Virus record (IMG/VR): IMGVR_UViG_3300020219_000012 | Span: 36,343-100,342 of that record | Source: a virus | DNA length: 64,000 bases | Strand: one strand, 5' to 3' | Shown: piece after piece, positions 1-7,845 of the stretch | Numbering within the stretch: position 1 is the first letter of the stretch | Layout: every line of letters begins with the position of its first letter | Notes under the pieces: model-generated | Database searches by the model: none | Told to the model about the DNA's origin: nothing | Seen by the model: the letters and a program-made list of their open reading frames with translations, nothing else | Made by a program: the position numbers and the translations under genes

Positions 1-10
1 CCCGCCTCCG

Positions 11-946
11 GTGCTGGATCGCATGTCCGAGTTTCCGCTCGGCGAGGTGTTCTCGACTCTGACCTCGCTGGGCATCGGCCTGCGCCCCGAGGAGTTCCAG
101 CGCATCGTCCTGGTCAAACAGGGAGCGAAGGCCTTGGCTGACAAGCTCGCCCACCACCGCATGGTCTTCGACGAGACCAAGACGGCCGCCAAGGCTCCGA
201 GCTGGACTCGGGAGTTCGGGCCCTACTCCGTCGACGACTGCAACGAGAAGGTTGCGATGCTGCTCGCTCCTTACATGCAGGAGCGGTCTTGTTATCCGGA
301 GATTCTAAACGAGCGACTCGCTCGTATGGAGAAGCGCGGCGGCAGTGAAGACGCGGTGCGCGAGTCCCAGCGCCAGTGGTATCCGATGACAGACGAGCAG
401 AAGCGTCTGTCGTCGGGCGTCCACGGCCTGGTGCCGGCAAGCCTGGCCCTGGCGGCGGGGTTCCTGGTTTTCAAGAAGGCGTTCCCGGGACTCATGGCCA
501 AGGCCCCGCCGACGCTGCAGGCGATGGGGAAGTTCCCGTGGTTGCTCCCGCTACTACTTGGCGCTGGCGTCGCAACATCAGTTGGGGTTTCCAACATGAC
601 CGCCCCAATGCCCCTTACTAAACATGGGGCGAGTCGCGGGCTTGACGCTAAAAACACTGGGGCCTACCATGAGCCCAAGGTCGCGACGATCGCGCGGCTT
701 GGTCTGATCCCACTTGCATATATGTACTCAGGCATTCAGCAGAAGCGATGGGAACGAGGAGAGCGACTCAATGCTCTCGATCGTTTGATTGCGGTGCGGC
801 CTGAAGTCTTCGCTCTCGGTTCTTTCGCCGCTGGACCTTCCGTATGGAATGGCGTTAAAAGACTTACCGGCGGTTTGCTCAAGTCGGGCTCCGAGTCAAT
901 CGAAGATTCGATCATCAACGCGACTCGCCGGCTTGCGAGCCACTAG
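11..946 (+). CDS. Head-module protein, probably 5'-truncated by the window edge, with K-x-A/G motifs and hydrophobic segments
   Basis: Frame is open from the window start; motifs EKVA, EKRG, TKHG, PKVA, LKSG; first gene of the structural operon. Confidence 0.6.
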   Translation: MLDRMSEFPLGEVFSTLTSLGIGLRPEEFQRIVLVKQGAKALADKLAHHRMVFDETKTAAKAPSWTREFGPYSVDDCNEKVAMLLAPYMQERSCYPEILNERLARMEKRGGSEDAVRESQRQWYPMTDEQKRLSSGVHGLVPASLALAAGFLVFKKAFPGLMAKAPPTLQAMGKFPWLLPLLLGAGVATSVGVSNMTAPMPLTKHGASRGLDAKNTGAYHEPKVATIARLGLIPLAYMYSGIQQKRWERGERLNALDRLIAVRPEVFALGSFAAGPSVWNGVKRLTGGLLKSGSESIEDSIINATRRLASH

Positions 947-954
947 GAGAAGAG

Positions 955-1665
955 ATGCCCACCCTTGGTGAACTGATGGAGAAGTTCGGCTCTGCGGCCG
1001 ATTCGAACAATGACGATGCTGGCGACGAGATCGTCCCGGCTGCCAGGCACAATCCGGCCACTGGCCACAACAAGACCGCTTCTGGAGGGGACGCTATGAA
1101 ATCGCTTACGGACATCTACCTTTCGCTCACCCACGTCGACATGAACAAGGAAGCGGCCCAGGCCGCTTACGCCCCGAACGACGACGTCGACTTCGCCAAG
1201 ATGGCGGAAGCGATGGCAGACGCCGAGGCGACCGAGTACGTCGAGCAGGACCAGTCGTACAACGACGACGGCGGCCAGGACATCGTGAAGGTTGCCCAGG
1301 AGTATGACTCCGCCGGCCGCATCATGGCCCGTGGCTTCTTCGACGAGTTCAACAAGCTCGCCGGCGCGCTCGACACCGCCGCGGCGGACAACCAGATGAC
1401 CGAGTCGGTCTCGGCTGCCTCGACCCCTGCGCTGGGTAACCGTGGCCTGCCGACCCTCGAGACCAACTACGCCGGATCGGCCGCGCACGACCAGGCGATG
1501 GAGACCGCGGGCCAGGCTGGCAAGCAGGTCTACCTCGACTCGCTGGCCCCGGCCAAGTCGATCAGCGCTGGCGCTGGCACCGGCGACGACCCCGAGGCTG
1601 CGGCGCTCTCGCTCGGCAGCGGGTCGCCGGCCGGGTTCGCCACGGTCAAGGATCTCCAGGTCTGA
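955..1665 (+). CDS. Acidic scaffold/internal head protein (K-x-A family)
   Basis: AGGAG RBS; KTAS, KEAA, KMAE and KVAQEYDSAGRIMARGFFDEFNKLA; upstream of the capsid gene. Confidence 0.65.
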   Translation: MPTLGELMEKFGSAADSNNDDAGDEIVPAARHNPATGHNKTASGGDAMKSLTDIYLSLTHVDMNKEAAQAAYAPNDDVDFAKMAEAMADAEATEYVEQDQSYNDDGGQDIVKVAQEYDSAGRIMARGFFDEFNKLAGALDTAAADNQMTESVSAASTPALGNRGLPTLETNYAGSAAHDQAMETAGQAGKQVYLDSLAPAKSISAGAGTGDDPEAAALSLGSGSPAGFATVKDLQV

Positions 1666-1711
1666 CCTGTTGATCTGAGATCGTCCACCGAACCAACAGC
1701 TGAGGACACCC

Positions 1712-2137
1712 ATGAACTCTCTCAAAGAAGTCTACGCAGGCATCGCGCAGCAGGACCACGTCAAGGTGGCTCAGGCTCGCGACACCCATGTCGAGTCGGC
1801 GGATTACTCCGACGTTGACGCTGGCCTCATGAAGCAGGCCCAGGACTACGACAACGTCGGTCGCATCCTCGCTCACAACGTGTTCAGCGACATGCTGAAG
1901 ACGGCCCTCGACGAGTCGGCGCCCGGCGCCGGCGACGAGGAGAAGGCCAAGGCGCTCGCGGCGCTCCTTGCCGCTGCCAATGGCGAGAAGGCGGCCGAGG
2001 GCGAGGACGAGGACGAGTCCGAGGAGAAGTCCGAGGAAGGCGAGAAGAAGGCGAGCGCCAAGGAGGCCATTCTTCGGCGCATGTCCCAGGATCCGCAGTA
2101 CGTGGCCCACCTCGTGGGCAAGTACTACGGTCGCTGA
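1712..2137 (+). CDS. Head/scaffold protein sharing a motif with 955..1665
   Basis: GAGGA RBS; KQAQDYDNVGRILAHNVFSDMLKTA parallels the motif in the previous gene. Confidence 0.65.
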   Translation: MNSLKEVYAGIAQQDHVKVAQARDTHVESADYSDVDAGLMKQAQDYDNVGRILAHNVFSDMLKTALDESAPGAGDEEKAKALAALLAAANGEKAAEGEDEDESEEKSEEGEKKASAKEAILRRMSQDPQYVAHLVGKYYGR

Positions 2138-2168
2138 TCACCTCCCCGCTCCTCGCTAGGAGGTCCCC

Positions 2169-2597
2169 TTGGGTTTCACACTCGACCAGCTTCTGGAAAC
2201 GACGGGCGTTGGCGGCCTGTCTGGCCGCGATCTCAAAAAGACCGCTGCCAAGCAGGACGGCCGCGAACTGCTCAAGCTCGCGGAGCGATGCCGTCGTGCC
2301 GCCGACGTTGTCGAGGAGGTCCGGCCGATCGTCGATGAGCGCGACCTCGTCGAGAAGACTGCGGCCGTTCAGATCATTCGTCGAGCCATCGAAGAGATTC
2401 GGGAGATCGACGGCGAGGTGATCGAGAAGGTGGCTTCGCCCTCGACGCCTTCGCAGCAGGCGACCTTCATCAAGGCCGCGCTCGAGGCAGGGCACCCGCC
2501 CGAGTCCATCGCCCGCTTCCTCGACAAGGTTCCCGGTGGCGCACCCGCTCGTCCCGCTGAGAAGCGGAAGAAGACAAGCGGCACGATCGTCGGATAG
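2169..2597 (+). CDS. Head-module protein (K-x-A family)
   Basis: GGAGG RBS, TTG start; KTAA, KLAE, EKTAA, EKVAS. Confidence 0.6.
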   Translation: MGFTLDQLLETTGVGGLSGRDLKKTAAKQDGRELLKLAERCRRAADVVEEVRPIVDERDLVEKTAAVQIIRRAIEEIREIDGEVIEKVASPSTPSQQATFIKAALEAGHPPESIARFLDKVPGGAPARPAEKRKKTSGTIVG

Positions 2598-2614
2598 GCC
2601 ACCTGACTCCGACA

Positions 2615-2641
2615 AGCCCGGGTCCTCCGGGCTCTTTTTTT
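2615..2641 (+). terminator. Intrinsic terminator
   Basis: AGCCCGG-GTCCT-CCGGGCT followed by a T-tract. Confidence 0.75.
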
Positions 2642-2704
2642 ACTCCGAAATGGTCGCGCGATTTGACGTTATTCGGGTCACGCGTACCATCAGAAAGGCA
2701 AACG

Positions 2705-3013
2705 ATGAGCAACGTCGAAAACAAAGACGAGCTTCTAAAGGAAGCCGCCGGCGCCCTGGAGCAGTCCCAGCGTCGCATGGAAGCGACGAAGCTGGCGTTT
2801 GAGATGGTTGAGCGCGGGAAGATCGTCCCGTTCTCCGACTATGCATCGTTTGAAACTAAAATTGCCTCCCTCATGAACAAGGACCTCCGGGTCGTTGAGG
2901 AAGCACTCGAGATGGACGGTAGCCTTGCCGATTTTGGCAAGGTCGCATCAGAAGCCCGTCCTACTGGCAACGACCCGGCTAGCAACTTTTTTCACGCGCT
3001 AGCGGACGACTGA
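2705..3013 (+). CDS. Probable scaffolding protein
   Basis: Helical and charged; KEAA, KLAF, KIAS, KVAS; two genes upstream of the capsid gene. Confidence 0.55.
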   Translation: MSNVENKDELLKEAAGALEQSQRRMEATKLAFEMVERGKIVPFSDYASFETKIASLMNKDLRVVEEALEMDGSLADFGKVASEARPTGNDPASNFFHALADD

Positions 3014-3040
3014 TCGCAGTTCCTTTGAAGGAGGACTCAG

Positions 3041-3556
3041 ATGGCATTTCCGGTTCCTAAGGATGTTCGCACCACCCGTGATTTCGAGCTGGTTCTAGGC
3101 CAGGACGAAGTCCTTCGTCAGTCGATGGCAATCGCTGATCTGACCAAGAATCTAGATGTTGGCGAGTGGGTCAAGCCTTCCACCAGCGGCGGCGTCACCA
3201 AGGCGGCCAAGCTCGTCGTTGGCGACACGCTCGCAGCGCCGGCGCTTGGCGCTCGCGCTTCCTGGACCCGCTTTCGTCCCGGCGATGCGTCGACCGGCCA
3301 GTCGGACGCTCTCGCAACCGGTACCTGCGATCTCCTGGGCGGCACCTACCAGGCCAAGACCAAGATCTACGACACCGCCAGCGTGCTGTTCGCGCCGGGT
3401 CGTCTTCTAGTCGCGAAGTGGGACTCGGTCAACGACCGAGGCTATCTCGACGCCCTCGACCCGGCTGCCGCCACCATCCGTCAGCTCCAGGCTGTCGTTG
3501 GTCGCTGCATCGAGGTCGCCGGTGGCGTCCTTCATTACGAGAGCCCGGGCCTCTAA
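3041..3556 (+). CDS. Probable capsid decoration/cement protein
   Basis: AAGGAGG RBS; 171 aa; immediately upstream of the major capsid gene. Confidence 0.55.
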   Translation: MAFPVPKDVRTTRDFELVLGQDEVLRQSMAIADLTKNLDVGEWVKPSTSGGVTKAAKLVVGDTLAAPALGARASWTRFRPGDASTGQSDALATGTCDLLGGTYQAKTKIYDTASVLFAPGRLLVAKWDSVNDRGYLDALDPAAATIRQLQAVVGRCIEVAGGVLHYESPGL

Positions 3557-3601
3557 GGGTCTCCTGGTAACCCCCCAAAGAAAGTACACAGGAGAAATCC
3601 C

Positions 3602-4495
3602 ATGGACCAGATCGACGCCGCAACTTTCAACAACCTGTTCATCTCGAAGCTCGACACCCACGACGGTCTCGAGAAGGCCGCCCAGGCGGGTGGCGCCTTC
3701 GTGCGTGAGCGCCTGCGCGAAGTCAGCTTCGCGCGCAGCATCGTGCCGCCCGAGTACGTCACCAAGGCGGACTGCCAGCGCTCGGTGAACCACGACACCC
3801 TCGTCAAGATCGTCGACATCGAGCCGCAGTCGTCTGCCGCCGCTGTCAACTTTCGCGGCAAGGCGTTCGAGCGCTACATCGAGGGCGATCGCTACGAGAT
3901 CCCCTTCTTCAAGATCGAGTCCGAGAAGTTCCGCAAGAACGAGGCGGAGCTCCTGGCCTACGACTACCCGGTGACCAAGGTCATCGAGGAGAACTCGGTC
4001 AAGGACATCCAGAAGATCGAGGACGGCAAGTTCATCGAGTTCACCAACGCGGTCATCGTGGCCAATGGCAAGACCATTACTCCGGCGGCGGCGGGACCCG
4101 CAACCTCGGAGAACCTCGTCAAGCTCTTCAAGGCGCTGGATACCGACGAGCTCGCCGTCGGCACCATCCTGATGCACAAGGCTGACTGGGATGACTTCAT
4201 GACCCAGGAGTCGGCTGTCATCGGAAGCCCGCTCGCCTCGGAGATCCTGGTCAACGGCTACAAGTACAACACCATCCTCGGCCACAAGCTGGTGGTGACT
4301 ATCAAGTCGTCGATCGTCGTCCCCGGCGACATCTACATCTTCACGGACCCGAAGTACCTCGGTAACTTCTACATCCTGAACGACACGAAGTTCTACATCG
4401 AGAAGCGTGGCGACATGGTGTCGTGGCAGACCTGGGAGTACATCGGCATGGGCTACGGAAACCTCCGCGCCTGCGCGAAGATGACCCTGACCTGA
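3602..4495 (+). CDS. Major capsid protein (HK97/encapsulin-like fold)
   Basis: 297 aa; VRERLREVSFARSIVPP, EIPFFKIES, DIQKIEDGKF and C-terminal WEYIGMGYGN pattern; strongly biased codons; position in head module. Confidence 0.8.
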   Translation: MDQIDAATFNNLFISKLDTHDGLEKAAQAGGAFVRERLREVSFARSIVPPEYVTKADCQRSVNHDTLVKIVDIEPQSSAAAVNFRGKAFERYIEGDRYEIPFFKIESEKFRKNEAELLAYDYPVTKVIEENSVKDIQKIEDGKFIEFTNAVIVANGKTITPAAAGPATSENLVKLFKALDTDELAVGTILMHKADWDDFMTQESAVIGSPLASEILVNGYKYNTILGHKLVVTIKSSIVVPGDIYIFTDPKYLGNFYILNDTKFYIEKRGDMVSWQTWEYIGMGYGNLRACAKMTLT

Positions 4496-4534
4496 TCCAT
4501 TGACCGACTGCTGGTCTGAGGATACCGTCACCCC

Positions 4535-5014
4535 ATGAAGTTCAACGTCACCAACGTTTCCACGCGGTCTGAAAAGGGCGCGCGAAATGTCTTCCTGACG
4601 GAAGCCGGCAAGCTCCTCAAGGCGGGAGATTCGATTGCGTGCAATCGTATCGACAGCGGAACTTGGGGCCTGGAGAAGGCCGGCATCCTGAAGATCGAGG
4701 AAGGCAACTTCCCGACCCCGCCGATCTTCACGGATAAGCCAAAGGCCATCGAAGATGACCAAACTGCCACGGCCCCCAAGGCTGAGGATGTTGCGGTTCG
4801 TCGGGCCGAGGCCGAGGCCATGGACAAGCGGATCGCCGCTGCCAAGGCGCTCGATGATGCGAAGGTCGCTGCCGAGGTTGCCGCCAAGGCGCCGCCGGTG
4901 GTGGCGCCTGCGACTGACGAGTCGCATGACTCGCCGGTGACCGACGAGTCGCATGACTCGCCGGCCGCTGGCACGACCACGGCTTCGAAGAAGCATCGCG
5001 GCAGCAAGTTCTAA
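4535..5014 (+). CDS. Hypothetical virion protein with TDESHDSP tandem duplication
   Basis: ORF after the capsid gene; Ala-rich tail; GACGAGTCGCATGACTCGCCGG duplicated. Confidence 0.6.
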   Translation: MKFNVTNVSTRSEKGARNVFLTEAGKLLKAGDSIACNRIDSGTWGLEKAGILKIEEGNFPTPPIFTDKPKAIEDDQTATAPKAEDVAVRRAEAEAMDKRIAAAKALDDAKVAAEVAAKAPPVVAPATDESHDSPVTDESHDSPAAGTTTASKKHRGSKF

Positions 5015-5043
5015 ACCTGCCGGCAACCCCGGGAGGCTAGGAC

Positions 5044-5520
5044 ATGCCTACGACGATTGGTACTGAGGAGCAGCGCCGGGCGCAGGAAGCGCGGCGGCTG
5101 CTTCGCCTTTTCTTGAACGACACCCCGGAGCTGAATCGCTTGATTCGGACCCAGGAGTCAGACGACGCCAAGCTCGACCTGGCGTTGCTGCTGGCCGTCG
5201 ATGATTACAACATCACGGCTCCGCTACTGGGCAACGTCCAGGTATGGAACTTCCCGTCGATGTTCATGCTCATCTACGGGGCATCGATTCAGGTCCTGCG
5301 CAGCGCCGGACTCCTGCAGTCGCGCAATGAGTTGGCCTACAGCTCCGGCGGGGTCTCGGTTCGGATCTTCGACAAGACCCAGCTCTACCAGAGCTGGATT
5401 GCCCAGTTCGTCGCCGAGTACGAACTAAAGAAGCGCAACTTCAAGATGGCGCTCAACATCGACGCCGCCCTCGCGGGTGGCGTCTCCTCTGAGTATTCCA
5501 TCCTCAACTACTTCTGGTGA
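5044..5520 (+). CDS. Probable head-tail adaptor/neck protein
   Basis: 158 aa, helical; position between capsid and sheath. Confidence 0.55.
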   Translation: MPTTIGTEEQRRAQEARRLLRLFLNDTPELNRLIRTQESDDAKLDLALLLAVDDYNITAPLLGNVQVWNFPSMFMLIYGASIQVLRSAGLLQSRNELAYSSGGVSVRIFDKTQLYQSWIAQFVAEYELKKRNFKMALNIDAALAGGVSSEYSILNYFW

Positions 5521-5523
5521 ACC

Positions 5524-6396
5524 ATGCTGGCGTTCTCCAGGCTCGATATCATCATCGCCGAGCTCGGTGGTCCGCCATCGAACATCGCCCGCGTGCTTGT
5601 ATGCTGGGAGCTGGTCACCCAGCACAGCGGCCTTCCTGCGACGCAGTTCTTCGTGGAGCGGTCGCTGTCTCCGCAGTTCACGGACGGCGAATACGACGTA
5701 ATCAGTAATGCGATCCCTGGGGCCGCTGGCGATTACGTCTACGAGTACACGGACATCACGCCCAACCTGTTCAGCTTCTGGCGGATGTACTTTTATCGAA
5801 TCCGTGCGGTGACGCCGGACGGGACCGTCTACTCACAGATCCGCAGCTGGGAGACGTCGCCGCGCCCGCACGAGCTCGCCATCATCGAGCGCCATGACTT
5901 CGTGCTTCGGTACCTGCAGGGGCAGCCCAGCTTCGCCTTCGTGGAGCGCACCATCGGGTCCGCCCGCTGCAACTGCTACGACGCCACAGCAGGTCGCAGT
6001 CGGAAGTCGAACTGCACCGACTGCCTGGGGACCGGGCGGCAGCGCCCGTTCTTTGAACCGATTCCGCTCTACGTCGACTACAACCCCGACGAGAAGCTCG
6101 TTCAGATCGCCAGCATGGGCGAGCTCCAGATGAACGAGAAGGACTCGTGGTTCTCGGCTTACCCACGGGTCAAGCCGGGAGACATCATCTACCAGGTACA
6201 GAACGCCATGCTCTGGCGCATCTCCCGGGTCAGCGTCATCCAGCCCATGGGCACGACGATTCAGCACGTCGCCCGCCTGACCGGCCTCGAGCGCAACGAG
6301 GTTGAGTACCAGCGTCTGGTTCAGCGGATTGCCCCGGAGAGCCTCCAGGGAATCGTGCAAGAATGGGAAATGCTCAAGCGGGAGCGGATGTTCTGA
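5524..6396 (+). CDS. Probable head-closure/neck protein with Zn-binding motif
   Basis: CNC..CTDCLGTG and PRVKPGDII motifs; synteny. Confidence 0.55.
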   Translation: MLAFSRLDIIIAELGGPPSNIARVLVCWELVTQHSGLPATQFFVERSLSPQFTDGEYDVISNAIPGAAGDYVYEYTDITPNLFSFWRMYFYRIRAVTPDGTVYSQIRSWETSPRPHELAIIERHDFVLRYLQGQPSFAFVERTIGSARCNCYDATAGRSRKSNCTDCLGTGRQRPFFEPIPLYVDYNPDEKLVQIASMGELQMNEKDSWFSAYPRVKPGDIIYQVQNAMLWRISRVSVIQPMGTTIQHVARLTGLERNEVEYQRLVQRIAPESLQGIVQEWEMLKRERMF

Positions 6397-6641
6397 TGCG
6401 CCCATTTCTAAACGGATTCGCCCGCGAGCTAGTCAAGCTCGCCGCCTTCCCGCAGCAGGAGCAGAGCCCTGGCTCGTTTGATGCCGCAACTGCCACGTCG
6501 ATGGATTCGACCTCCGGGACTGGAGCGAAGGCTGGCGTGAAGGCCGCAGTTCCCACGCAAACCGCCCAGGCCCCCAAGAAGATCTCGCCCACGCCGCTCA
6601 CCACCCCAAACGCCATGGTCGACGTCGCTTCGAAGTCGTAA
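6396..6641 (+). CDS. Small K-x-A family protein
   Basis: MRPFLNGFARELVKLAA; TGATG overlap with the previous stop. Confidence 0.55.
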   Translation: MRPFLNGFARELVKLAAFPQQEQSPGSFDAATATSMDSTSGTGAKAGVKAAVPTQTAQAPKKISPTPLTTPNAMVDVASKS

Positions 6642-7162
6642 TGAACATCTCTTCCTGGATATCCTTTGAGCCGGGCTCCGGCGACGAGAAGTCTGAAGAG
6701 ATCGACTCGCTGGCGAAGTCGCGGCTTGCCGCGCAGATCCAGACCCGCCTCCGCAATCAGGTCGACCCCGGCATCGACCTCCAGTCCGCTCGGCGCGCTC
6801 AATCGATCCAGGCCAGGGAAGCTGACGGGCAGATCGTCATCAGCGAAGACGACCAGGCCAAGCTGTTCTCCGGGGGCCAGGAGCAAGGCGAGGACGACTC
6901 TGAGCCGCCCGCTGGCAACCTGGACGATCTGTTCAAGCCAGGCTCCGGTGTGCCCGAGTCGGTCAGCAATCCCGATGGATCGACTCAGCTTGTTTTCAGA
7001 TCGATCAAGGCCGCCGACGTGTTCGGCGAGCAGACCAAGCTGCGCCGCTCCGAGGCGACCGAGCACGCCATCTCGGATGCGCTTCGCAATGGCGTGGTCG
7101 ACGCCATCGAGAATGCGACCGATGAAGTCGAGCGTATGCGGGGCGGGGGCCGCGGCAGATGA
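6641..7162 (+). CDS. Hypothetical neck/tail-completion protein
   Basis: TAATG coupling; synteny. Confidence 0.5.
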   Translation: MNISSWISFEPGSGDEKSEEIDSLAKSRLAAQIQTRLRNQVDPGIDLQSARRAQSIQAREADGQIVISEDDQAKLFSGGQEQGEDDSEPPAGNLDDLFKPGSGVPESVSNPDGSTQLVFRSIKAADVFGEQTKLRRSEATEHAISDALRNGVVDAIENATDEVERMRGGGRGR

Positions 7163-7824
7163 GCGAGCCGGTCATCACACAGGACAACGCCCGTAGCCTC
7201 CACGACGAGACGCAGCGGTACGTGATGCCCCATCAGGTCATCAAGAACCACATCCTCGAGGTCTGCCAGCTTCTCTTCGCCGACGCCACCAACCCAACCG
7301 GGTATACGTGGTCGCCCGAGGAGGAGAAGTCGACCATCCGAATCTGCGACAAGCACGCCTTCAACCTCGACAACGTCGGGGCTAACCCAGCCGTGGTGGC
7401 CAATCGAGGACCTCAGGCGTGGGCTAAGACCTCCGGATTTCGGCAGCTCCAGGGCGTGGACCTGCGGACGGACACCAGAACCTATATTGACCTGGTCCGA
7501 GGCAGCGTCATCCTGTCCTGCTTTTCCAGGTCGGGCCTTGAGGCTGAGGACGTGGCGGGGTTCCTGTTCGAATCCCTCCAAGTCTTTCGCGATGTCCTGC
7601 GGAAAATCGCAAGACGAGGTATCATCGTGCCGCATCATCTGGGGTTCTTCAGGATCGAAGCCTCCAGCATGGGCGAAGAAGCTCTCGTTAAAAGTGACTC
7701 GCGCCCCGACATCTCGGTTGTCCCCGTGGCTATCCAGGCAACGGTCCAGCGGCGCTACAGCGTAGAACCCACGAACTCCCAGAAGCTGCAGAACATCGAA
7801 GTCCGGACAAGCAGGCGTGGTTAG
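7159..7824 (+). CDS. Probable tail terminator/completion protein
   Basis: ATGA overlap; directly upstream of the sheath. Confidence 0.5.
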   Translation: MSEPVITQDNARSLHDETQRYVMPHQVIKNHILEVCQLLFADATNPTGYTWSPEEEKSTIRICDKHAFNLDNVGANPAVVANRGPQAWAKTSGFRQLQGVDLRTDTRTYIDLVRGSVILSCFSRSGLEAEDVAGFLFESLQVFRDVLRKIARRGIIVPHHLGFFRIEASSMGEEALVKSDSRPDISVVPVAIQATVQRRYSVEPTNSQKLQNIEVRTSRRG

Positions 7825-7845
7825 CAACTCATGAGGAGCATTTAG

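Noticed and set aside
4915-4965. Short tandem duplications (TDESHDSP here; ASPRAAT near 38220)
   Set aside because: Ordinary in-frame duplications in low-complexity linkers.
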